Below, one piece after another: positions 39,701-50,569 of a stretch of DNA of 64,000 nucleotides. Below the pieces are notes generated by a model, which did not search any database, was not told where the DNA came from, and saw only the letters and a program-made list of their open reading frames with translations. How positions within the stretch are numbered: the first letter of the stretch is position 1; each line of letters opens with the position of its first letter. This DNA comes from Octopus vulgaris. Taxonomy: Eukaryota. The stretch is from positions 46,376,001-46,440,000 of the forward strand of contig OX597831.1 of assembly GCA_951406725.2 (NCBI GenBank), given 5' to 3'. A program made the translations under genes and the position numbers.

Positions 39701-41662
39701 ACCCGGGAGGAGTTCGCGAGTGATTTCGTCGCAGCTGGGATTGCACGTGTAGGTGATAAAGAGGTCCGGCCGGCCGTAAATGCGCACGTAGGTCAAGGCG
39801 TCTTGGGTCCTTTCACGCATATATCGCGGTCCTCCCGTGAAGGTGGAGGGTAGAATGCATGGCTTGCCGATGTTGCGAGGGTCATTTTCTTGTTGCAAAC
39901 CGTCACGGAGATGAATGTAGGAGTCGGAGCGAAGTTTGGTCTGATTAAGTTTAATGTATAGCAGCCTTTCCGATTCCATTTTTGCGGCCATGTCGACGGC
40001 GAACTGGTTGAATAGCTGACGACAACGGGGCAATAAGTTGAACTCACCCTCCCTGACCATGAACCGGTATGAGTAGAACGCCCTGCAGGAAACCGTCTTT
40101 GATGCCGCAGTAGTTTGATTGGAGGGCTGCCGTAAAGGAATTCCGAAGTGGTAGCCGTCTTCCCCATAAGGGAAAAGCAATGGATACTGAAGCGCGTCAT
40201 AAGATCTGTGAGTCTCGCTGATCCTGTGTAGGTTGTTACCACGGGAGGAGATGATTATGTCACGGCTGTTGTGTTGCTCTCCGTGTATGACTGCGGCAAT
40301 TTCGTTGCACGCAGGTGCGTTGAAACGGCGTTCGTGCTCCCCGTGGGGTCGTTTATCAGCATCAATGACAACGGTGAAGTTTGGAGATGGAGCACTGTCC
40401 AAGGCATATCTGAAGCTGCAGACGTAGCTGTTGATATCATGAAGCATGGTTTGGAGACGGAGAAGAACGTCTTTGCGGGGAACATAGCTTGTACCCGGTA
40501 TTATTCCAAGGCGTGCATCAACCTGGTGGTTGTAGTCGGCAATGAAGTATATTTGGAGGAAAGAAGACTGCTGAATCTCGTCTGGCAGAAGTGACCCAAT
40601 AAGATGGTAGACCTGTCCCTGCACTTTGAAAGTAGGCATCCAGCCTTCTCTGGGAGGAATTTTGGCCCCGAAAGAGGTCATTTGGAATGAGCAGTTGTAC
40701 TTTCGAATTATTTCAAGGAATTGTGACGAATCGGGGGTTAAACCCGCCGCGAGATCCTTCAGTGGTTGAGGTGGTTCCCGTAGGGGTGGCAGGTCCACTT
40801 TGCCACCAGAGCAGCACAAACCAGGTGGCTCTCCGGGCCATTTCTTGGCTTTGCAAAACTGGCATACAATTGTCATTGACCCTATCTTGATGTCGTCACG
40901 CAAGGAGAAGTTAATTGTGGCGTCGTAGTTGAATGCTAGTGACAACCAGAAAGCGGGGGCAGGGGTACGTACACCACGAATGATATCCCGACGTTTGTTG
41001 ATACTCTCAAGTCGAGTGCACCGTGCCTCAGCAGATTCAGATGCACGTGCGACAGCGGTAGCATCCCTTGAAAGCCTTTCAGCTCTCGCCTCAGCACCCT
41101 CTGAAGCCCTAGCAGAAGCAGTGTTAATGGCATGTCTGGATGTCCGAATAGTCCGTTGGTGTGGAGTTTCGGCAGATCGAGCCCTGGCTGTGTTTGCGGC
41201 GTTAGCAGCTTGGCGAGCTCTCCTCTGTTGAGGTGTTTCGGCAGCTTTGGCCATGGCTTTGTTTGCGGCGTCAGCATCTTGGCGAGTTCTCCTCTGCTGT
41301 GAGGTTTCGACAGATCGTGTCCTGGCGGTGCTAGTGGCGTTAGCCGCATTCCGAATGGCCCTTTGTTCGGGGTTCTCGCGCGCTCTGCGGATGGAAGCAC
41401 AGTAAGAAGCCCGCATGTTTTGGCTGGACTTTTGCTCTTTCGTCAACCTCGAGCGGAGGGAAGATCTGTACGCTGCGACCCTTGCAAGTCGGGTAGAACG
41501 GTCGCTAGTAGTTTCAGATGCCTGAGCAGCGGCATAACGGGAAGCTGTTTGCGAGAGGCGCAAGGCGGTTTCCTCGTGGGTCTCGCGTGCCCTTCTAGCC
41601 CTAGCAGCCGATGCCTTGGCCGTCCGAGGGCTGAGGAGGGTCCTTCTCTTCTTGGGTGGCAT
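36797..41662 (-). pseudogene. Helitron RepHel protein (~1600 aa reconstructed; one stop, two frameshifts)
   Basis: MPPKKRR start, C..C...CC zinc motif, HUH Rep motifs FITYTCNP, VEWQKRGLPHAHIL and YVCKYINKG, Pif1/SF1B helicase [32 protein letters not shown] and [13 protein letters not shown] replaces Trp at 39533, frameshifts at ~39470 and ~37290. Confidence 0.96.
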
Positions 41663-41784
41663 TTTGGTGGATAGCAATGTGTTTGGCAAAGGTGTAATAA
41701 AAAGGAACACGTGGGGTAAGTATTTTGGTGGATAGTAATGTGTTTGGTAAAGGTGTAATAAAAAGGAGCTCGTGGGGTAAGTAT
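41661..41784. repeat. Two-copy 61 bp tandem repeat at the Helitron start codon
   Basis: attttggtggatag.aatgtgtttgg.aaaggtgtaataaaaagga...gtggggtaagt occurs twice. Confidence 0.9.
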
Positions 41785-42805
41785 CCGAAAATGTATAAAA
41801 AGTACAAAAACGGCCAAAAAGCTGGCAGCAATGTGAGTGACAACAACGAAAAAGTCAAAAGTGATCAAACTGAACAAACGAAAGGAAAAGTTTTTTGATG
41901 CACACGACAAAAGTGGTTTATAATAAACCAAGAGTTTGCAAGTAGCGTCCGAGGACCGTTAGGGTACGTCAAAAATTGAAGGTAAAACGTTTGGGGTGGT
42001 AGTTATAAAGAAAGTTTAAACCAAAAAAGTATTCGAATAACTTGTGGCTGCAGCAGCTATTAGCAGAAGTGGCGGTGTTGGGGGTAAAGTCTCGAATGTA
42101 ATTTCTTCCTGGTAGGAATTGGTTGGATCGAATTATCGATAGCTAAAAAGGTCAAGTTGCGTCCCCTAGACAGTCTGGTTTGTGTTTAATACACAAATTT
42201 GTTTGCTATGTGTGCCACGTATGATTAAATTAACCGATTTTTTCCAATAATGTATCCTATTGGAATAAAAAGGGCTATATAGCTCCTTGGAGCAGACATG
42301 ATGCTCGTTGTGAAAAAAAAAAGATTCCTGCCAATTTGTGAAAGATATTGTCGAAAATATGTCATCTTGAATTTGAACGCGATTTCCCAAAATGGCATGA
42401 TTTTATCGATTGTTTCTGATGGTAAGGTATTGCATGGAAAACTAACGTCAGAATTGAGTTTCTTAGGGTAACATTAAGCTTCACCATGAGTTTGGTGAAA
42501 ATCGATTGCAAGTTGTGAAAACTACCATAGATAATGCGTTGCATAAAAAAAGCTTAGATTCTCGAGTTGCGTCCCCTAGACAGTCTGTGGTTCATGTTTA
42601 TGATTCTCGACCCCATGTCGAATTTATCAATTTTTTTCAGAACTGGGGGAACTTTTCAAAATTTTCGCTGCGTTAGTTTTGAATTATGACATTGGGCTAT
42701 GTGTGTGTCAAGTTTCATCAGAATCGGTTGAAAGCCGTGGTCAGGGTGAGGGTACGAGAAAACAGACACACAGAAGCACGCACAGACAAACTGCCGTTTA
42801 TATAT

Positions 42806-42846
<41 letters not shown>

Positions 42847-43145
42847 TCTTTCGAAAAACAGATAGCGTAGAAGTCGAACCCGATGCACCTGACATATGTA
42901 TAATAGATACAATAGAAAAGGTTCAAATCAGGCAGACTACGATTAACACATACATATACATATATGTTCATCGAGAATTCGTCCTCCAGGGCCAGACCGT
43001 CAATCAAGAGTTCTATTTCGAAGATGATGATGTTAAAGCTTAGGTAAATAAGTTATTTTTCTTATTAAACATAACTAGTCAGGGAACTTTTTGATACCAC
43101 CTCGTATGCTATATATGTATATACATAAGTGTTTGTGATTGGTAT

Positions 43146-43180
<35 letters not shown>

Positions 43181-43301
43181 GTGCGTGTGTTTGTGTTTTT
43201 GTCCCCGCTTCTCTGCTTGACAAACATTGTTGGCTTGTTTAACGAACCCATAACCTAGCGGTTCAGCAAAAAACTGGTAAACAGATTTCAAAAATAGATA
43301 A

Positions 43302-43336
<35 letters not shown>

Positions 43337-43943
43337 AAGAATTGTAATAATGAAACTAATAAGTACTGGGTTACTTTGCTCAGCCAAACTCATCAAGCCG
43401 TTGCCCCAACATGGCCATATTCAAATAGCTTAAACAAAATATAAAAGCTATTCCTAACACTACTAACCTTACCAAACACCCCCTTCATACAACATACATC
43501 AGATGTAATTCTTAAACACGAACATAAAACCCCTCCTTTATCCATAAAATATCCTGGTACAAAACAGGATATGATTCAATTAACATCCAGTTTAAGTCTA
43601 AGTATTAACACTCATATACCTTAAGTATGTTAATAACAATATATTCTTCAAAACATCATCTGCAAGTACTTACAACTGACTATTTGTGTGTATAAGCATA
43701 TGTGTACGCATGTGTGTGAATGTCCGGAAATGTTTATATTTACAAATACATCTTGTAAATTGAAATATGTACTTAAATTAACACTCAAATATTCCTTGTA
43801 AAGATTACTTTTTTTCTAAAAGTAGACAGGGATCTAAATTTACTAATTCTGTCATGTCTGTCATGCTTTTCTTTGTCCTTTACTGAAGAAATATTGATTT
43901 CCTCGCCTCTGTCTCCGCTTGTGTTGTAGTCATCCCTCCTGTG

Positions 43944-44268
43944 AGGGCGCGTGGCTTAGTGGTTAGAGCATTCGGCTCATGATCGTAAGGTTGTGAGTTC
44001 GATTCCCGGCGACGCGTTGTGTCCTTGAGCAAGACACTTTATTTCACGTTGCTCCAGTCCACTCAGCTGGCAAAAATGAGTTGTACTTGTATTTCAAAGG
44101 GTCAGCCTTGTCACTCTCTGTGTCACGCTGATTATCCCCGAGAACTACGTTAAGGGTACACGTGTCTGTGGAATGCTCAGCCATTTGCACGTTAATTTCA
44201 CGAGCAAGCTGTTCCGTTGATCGTATCAGCTGGGACCCTCGTCGTCGTAACCGGCGGAGTCTTTTTAA
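43944..44268 (+). mobile_element. tRNA-derived SINE with probable target-site duplication
   Basis: gggcgcgtggcttagtggttagagc...gttcgattccc. Flanked by 'agtcatccctcct' at 43928-43940 and 44269-44281. Confidence 0.88.
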
Positions 44269-44274
44269 GAGTCA

Positions 44275-44470
44275 TCCCTCCTCCTCCTCCTCCTCCTCCT
44301 CCTTCTTCTTCTTCTTCTTCTTCTTCTCCTTCTCCTCCTCCTCCTCCACCGCCTCTTCCCCATCCTCCTCCTCCTCTCTTTCTCCCAATCCCCCCTCCTC
44401 TCCCTCCTTCCCCTCCTCTCCCTCCTTCCCCTCCTCTCCCTCCTTCCCCTCCTCTTCTTCCTTCTTCTCC
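44275..44470. repeat. Polypyrimidine (CCT/CTT) tract with an 18-bp unit
   Basis: Directly visible. Confidence 0.9.
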
Positions 44471-45208
44471 CAACCCTTTCCTTACTCACGTATATTTTGA
44501 TAATGGCATAAACAAGTTTTTTTGTGCATAGTTCTTACTCTCTCTCTCTCTCTCTGTCTATCTATCTGTCTCTCTTTCTCTCTTACTTCCTCTCTCTCTG
44601 TCACTCATCTCTAAAATTAACTCTCCTCTTTGCCATTAATTCCAAAATGCTAAAAATGCTACTGAGGCATATTGATGATGAAGAAGATCTAACTATTTCA
44701 AGTCATAATGAAACCCACTCTCAAGAACTGCATCACAGATTTTTTAGATGCGACACAAGACTAAATCCTTGGAAAAAATCATGCGGCAGAAGAAAACTTT
44801 GAAATGTTTCAACTGCTAAGTGTGTAGGCATACCTGTATGGCTATGAACCTCGCTTTACGACCATGTGACTTCGGATTCAGTTCCATTGCGATGCATCAT
44901 GGGCTCTTGTCTTCGATTATAGCCCCGGGCCGACTAATATCTTGTGAGTGAATTTAGAAGAAGGAAACTGTGTGGAAGCCCGTCGTGTATGTATATATAA
45001 TAGCACCATCTAGCTTGGAGCGAAATGTAAATCTTATAACTTTTGAAGCCTATTACCTCACCTGATGAGGCTCTTTTGCACTGCAAGATGCATCTGATGT
45101 AATTACATCGCTCTCCACCTACTAGGGAATAGTACAGAAGGCAGGCGAAACGATTGTTGTGCGAAATAAAGCTTCTTGTTACACTCCGTCTTCCGTATCA
45201 ATCATTTA

Positions 45209-45302
<94 letters not shown>

Positions 45303-45303
<1 letters not shown>

Positions 45304-45822
45304 GGCGCAGGAGTGGCTGTGCGGTAAGTAGCTTGCTTATCAACCACATGGTTCCAGGTTCAGTCCCACTGCGTGGCACCTTGGGCAAGTGTCTTCTACT
45401 ATAGCCTCGGGCTGACCAAAGCCTTGTGAGTGGATTGTGTTATGATTAATGGTCTGAAAATTGCTATACTCTTTTACTTGTTTCAGTCATTTGACTGCGG
45501 CCATGCTGGAGCACCACCTTTTAGTACTTATTCTATCGGTCTCTTTTTGCCGAACCGCTAAGTGACGGGGACCTAAACACACCAGCATCGGTTGTCAAGC
45601 AACGCCAGGGGGACAAACACAGACACACAAACACACGCATACATATATATATACATATATACGACAGGCTTCTTTCAGTTTCCGTCTACCAAATCCACTC
45701 ACAAGGCATTGGTCGGCCTGGGGCTATAGCAGAAGACACTTGCCCAAGATGCCACGCAGTGGGACTGAACCCGCAACCGTGTGGTTGGTTAGCAAGCTAC
45801 TTACCACACAGCCACTCCTGCT
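45303..45822. mobile_element. Two same-family SINEs in inverted orientation (45303-45438 +, 45468-45822 -)
   Basis: The 5' part 'ggcgcaggagtggctgtgcgg...' faces its reverse complement, which ends 'cacagccactcctgc'. Confidence 0.88.
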
Positions 45823-46544
45823 ATGTACAAACAAAAAGCAAAAAAGAAAACAAAAAAGGAAGAAAAACTATATCATAAACACCAAAGAAATCTACTAAAC
45901 GTATAGGAAAACTATATAATAGAAGAGCTGCAGGAATATTCATACGCCAAAATAGGTTGACATATTTGCGGTAAATCGTCTAGTCAAATATAAAATCTCA
46001 ATTGCAAAAATAATTCGATGTATCATTTACTTCAATTGCGAAGAAACTTAAAGCCTGTTCTCTCCTTTTCCACAAGGCCCAACAAAGGTTACTAGTGTCA
46101 AACTTCATCAGAAGAAGCTATGAAACGATATGGAACTTCATTACCAGATGTGTCCTTTCTTTTTAAAGTAGGTAGAGTGCGATTTGAAAACAATTTGGCT
46201 GCTATTTCTTGTATAGAGAGTTCCTTATTGACTGGTTTCATTGCTGCAATTGTCATAGGCACAAATAAAGTCTACTGTTTGATTCAGTATACTTTGTAGA
46301 TATTCGATACTCACCAAACACACTTTGATTAGATCCGCGTAGTTACTCATTCTGAACATTCTTTTTATTTGTTTTAATATGACAACGTTTAGTCGTTTGT
46401 CTCTTTATTAGAAGTAGTTTCATATGAAGGAATTTAAACATATATCCTAGTCGCTAAAGTACTTTTTGTTCAAGTATTTCAGACTGGGAAGAGCTTGTAG
46501 CTTAATTTAAGGTAATAAGTACCACTTGTGAAACGACTTGAATG

Positions 46545-47048
46545 AAGTCCGATATCTTGTTAAGTACATAATTTTAATATGTCATGAAATAAAATCCTTT
46601 GGTTCCGTTAGTTCAATGAGGGATTGTCAACTGAAAAGTCCCTAGATATATGGATTAACAGCTCACTTGAGATAAAAAGAATTCGTCGACATATTGTCTA
46701 TTGCTGGTTCGGTAAGACTTAAGAGTGTCATTAAAATTTTAAAATTACATCCTTCAAAATATTGCACCGAAATGTAAAATGAAAAAAGGAAAAATCTTCT
46801 GGTCCAGATCAAAGTGATAGTGAACAGAATTAAATTAGTCCTATATGGTTGTATTGTGTGTATTCTGCAAATATAAGTAGAGAGCACTCGTTTCTTTGAA
46901 TAACTACCATCACTATTCCCCTCATCAGATAGTGTAAATTTTTGAAGAGTTGATAAATCCAGAACTATGTCTTCTTACTTTTGCTCTGAAAATGCGCAAA
47001 ATACGTTTCCCAATTGATGAGTATATTGTTATGAGAACAAAATATTCG
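46545..47048 (-). pseudogene. GPCR pseudogene (TM5-TM7), 5' part cut off by a SINE array
   Basis: Minus strand has VLITIYSSIGKRILRI (TM5), TNLILFTITLIWT (TM6) and SFYLK*AVNPYI*GLFS*Q (TM7). The 3' flank 46170-46500 is paralogous to 27740-28170. Confidence 0.88.
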
Positions 47049-47049
47049 T

Positions 47050-47590
47050 GGGAGGAGGTAAGTCGATTACATCGACCCCAGTGCTCGGCAGGTACTTATT
47101 TTATCGATCCTGAAGGGATGAAAGGCAAAGTTAGACCTCGACGGAATTTGAACCCAGAACCTGAAGACGGACGAAATACCTATTTCTTTACTACCCACAA
47201 GGGGCTAAACACAGAGAGGACAAACAAGGACAGACAATGGATTAAGTTGATCATATCGACCCCAATGCGAAACTGGTACTTATTTAATCGACCCCGAAAG
47301 GATGAAAGGCAAAGCCGACCTCGGTGGAATTTGAACTCAGAACGTAACGGCAGACGAAATACCTATTTCTTTATTACCCACAAGGGGCTAAACACAGAGG
47401 GAACAAACAAAGACAGACAAACGGATTAAGTCTATTACACTGACCCCAGTGCGTAACTGGTACTTAATTTATCGAACCCGAAAGGATGAAAGGCAAAGTC
47501 GACCTCGGCGGAATTTGAACTCAGAACGTAACGGCAGACGAAATACCGCTAAGCATTTCACCTGGCGTGCTAACGATTCTGCGGACTCCC
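47050..47590 (-). repeat. Tandem array (~3 units of ~185 bp) of a SINE segment plus constant spacer
   Basis: 'gaaaggatgaaaggcaaagtcgacctcggcggaatttgaactcagaacg' three times, with 'tatttcttta.tacccacaaggggctaaacacagag' between units. Confidence 0.88.
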
Positions 47591-48148
47591 ATAAAGTTTC
47601 CACCCACCAAATTCACTTACAAGGTATTAATCTACCCAGAACTATACTAGAAAACACTCGCTCAATGTGTCGTGCAGAGGGACTGAACCCGAAGCCACGC
47701 GGTTTCAAAGTAAGCTTCTTAACTACACTGCTATAAAATTAACATATTTATCATTACTTCCTCATAAGGTTACAACTTACTAAAATTCCTTAAGTAATTG
47801 AAAATTGAAACTTATAGACGGCCGATAGAATTCGTTCACGTGAAAGTGCCTATTTCAGTTTCTACAACAAATTCATAAAACCATAATAATTACAACTATA
47901 CACAAGTTATTTTCTTGAATTTATTGCATTTCGTCATTTCTTTTCCCCCCAGAATGGTGAGTGTGATGTGATTTGAATGATATGAGTATAGTGAAAATAT
48001 AGCAGTTGTGAAAATATTACTTATCTAATCTGAAGTGATATTTCTTATATCAGAGAACTTTTTCGCAACATATTAGTTAGCTGTATGACGTCAATACGTA
48101 ATTGAAAAATACACACATAGCCGTGCCACCCCCCACAAACATATATTC

Positions 48149-48232
<84 letters not shown>

Positions 48233-48237
<5 letters not shown>

Positions 48238-48394
48238 GGAGTGGCCATGTGGTAAGCAGCTTGCTAATCAACCACATGGTTCTGGGCCTCATTCCCACTG
48301 CGTGGCACCTTGGGCAAGTATCTTCTATTGCTTCGGGCCGACCAAAGCCTTGTGAGTGGATTTGGTAGACGGAAATTGAAAGAAGCCTGTCGTA

Positions 48395-48471
<77 letters not shown>

Positions 48472-48695
48472 GTGTGTATATGTTTGTGTGTCTGTGTTTG
48501 TCCCCCCGAACATCGCCCGACAACCGATGGTGATGTGTTTACGTCCCCGTAGCTTAGCGGTGCAGCAAAAGAGACCGATAGAATAAGTACTAGGCATACA
48601 AAGAATAAGTCCTGGGGTCAATTTGCTCGACTAACGACAGTGCTCCAGCATGGCCGCAGTTAAATGACTGAAACAAGTAAAAGAGTAAGAGAGAG
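48233..48695 (+). mobile_element. Full-length SINE (family of 32700-33145)
   Basis: Same head, internal (TA)n and 'gaaacaagtaaaagag' tail. Confidence 0.9.
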
Positions 48696-48702
48696 AGAGA
48701 GA

Positions 48703-48753
<51 letters not shown>

Positions 48754-48757
48754 TTCA

Positions 48758-48965
48758 AAAAACACTTGTAATATATCTAATCACAAACGAACGGAACAAG
48801 CGTAAAACGCACACACAGAATATCGACAACTCCTCTTCAGTTATCGTCCAAAAGATCGCAGCAATTCCACGCCTTGTTGCGCTCCTTTGGACAATTACTG
48901 AAGAAGGATTTAAGTGTATGTATCCCGTTTGTTTGTGCTTATATATATATGTTACCCGTGTTTTT
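48758..48965. repeat. Imperfect ~200 bp palindrome (foldback)
   Basis: tcctcttcagttatcgtccaaaagatcgcagcaa / loop ttccacgcc / ttgttgcgctcctttggacaattactgaagaagga. Outer arms aaaaacac...cacaaacgaacgg and ccgtttgtttgtg...gtgttttt. Confidence 0.85.
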
Positions 48966-49157
48966 AGAACATTTTATCTACTGTAACGCCAAGCACCGTC
49001 TCATTTTCTTTACATTCTGTGAATTCCCCCCCCCCCACACGCATACACACACACACACGCGCGCGCGCGTTACATATATACACATATCTACATATGTTTA
49101 TATACACCCACAGAGAAACACACACACACACACACACATACACACGCATACACAGAC

Positions 49158-50119
49158 ATAGTCCAGGGAGAAAGCTAGAAAGCTAGAAGTTGGCAGGCCA
49201 AAAGTCGGCGAAATTGTCTTTCCAGAATTTATGCACTTTCTTCGCCGTATGAACAAGAGAACTATCTTGGGTCCACACATAATTACCGTTGGGGTAGTTA
49301 GACTTCAGCCAAGGTAAAACCTTACACCACAGGACCTTATAATAAACATCAGCCCTCACATTTTCCCCAGACTTGAAAAAATGGAGAGATATCCTTTTTC
49401 CGTCAGACGCCATGACTCCCAGCATGAAGACTTGAGCTGGGGGCTTGGTCCTAAAGATGCCCTTTACTTCAGCAGGTGACTTAGCAATGTGTTGATCATT
49501 GCGACGTTTTAAAACAGCATCAACGGTAAAAATATTTTCACCTGAAAAGATTTAGACGGTTTGTCCATTGTGTCTCAGGTATCGCAACACTTTTTTTGCC
49601 CTTTCATGCCTTTTGGCTTTCATAGCATGAGTCAGTAGCTGTGTCGTGGTCCTCACGTATGACCTCAAATGCAAATCTGTGTGTACAGTATTTCTGATGG
49701 TTTTTGGATCAACTTTCATGTCCATGGACAGTTTTCTTATGGATGTTCTTGGGTCTTTCGAAATTTTGGCTATGAGAGATTTAAGAAATGCATTATCCCG
49801 CTTTTTTTTTATTTATGTCTCCACTACCTTGCTTTCTCTGGATATCCAGCAGACGGTTCTTAACGTTGTAGACAGTGCTCACAAAGGCTCCAACAGTCTG
49901 AGCAATACGTCACATTGCAACCCTGGCACGAAGCAAATTTGCAATGCGTTGTCTCTAGGCTTCTTAAGTGGACATGTTAGATCGTTTGACTGGAACTTCT
50001 GCTTAAATTAACTCTATATACTTCCATCCTGAAATAGAAAAAAAAATTAGTATTTACGCTCAGGAATATATATGAAAAATAAGGCTTCCAAAATATTTCA
50101 AGTTTTGCTTCCCCACATT

Positions 50120-50120
<1 letters not shown>
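49158..50120 (-). mobile_element. Tc1/mariner-superfamily transposon (DD37D/maT-like), 3'-truncated and decayed
   Basis: FSGEKYFTVDAV, GVMASDGK, YVWTQDSSLVHTAK and FWPANF..SPDY. The terminus TA|CAATGTGGGG is at 50120. Confidence 0.85.
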
Positions 50121-50187
<67 letters not shown>

Positions 50188-50569
50188 CATAATGTTCATT
50201 ATGTTCATTACCAGTTAAAGAGGCAAGACACCAAGAAACTTAAAATGCAAATATAGGGAAAATTTTAAACAATATTGTTATGTTGTATAAAAACAAAATT
50301 TAAGAATTTGAAATGATATCATAACCAAAATAGCTAAAAGGAGTGTATGTATCAATTATAAACATTAAAAAGGAAGATTATGTAGAATCAGTTTAATAGC
50401 ATTCTTGTGCTTAATTAGTTAGGTGGTTTCTATAAAGACTGCTCAAGGCACTTACATATGGAATATCTGGAAAGATATACATACTAACTATTAATTTTAA
50501 GCCAGGGTTATCATGAGATAACATTATATATAGCACATCGCATAACACAACACATAGCATATAACTATG

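Larger units (their letters stand above)
36675..42810 (-). mobile_element. Full-length Helitron (6136 bp)
   Basis: Minus strand A|TCTCTATATATAAACGG (42810) to the CCCGG-GCAACG-CCGGG hairpin (36687-36702) and CTAG|T (36675). Inserted between A and T in (TA)n with no TSD. Encodes Rep/helicase. Confidence 0.97.

Noticed and set aside
37609-41674. Antisense and alternative-frame ORFs within the Helitron as captured genes
   Set aside because: They are shadows of the GC-rich RepHel ORF with no recognisable domain.
44162-44531. Protamine-like, proline-rich or glycine-rich ORFs
   Set aside because: They arise from a pure polypyrimidine/polypurine repeat at a SINE tail.
46950-47736. Repetitive 159-aa and 95-aa ORFs
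   Set aside because: They are translations of the tandem SINE array.
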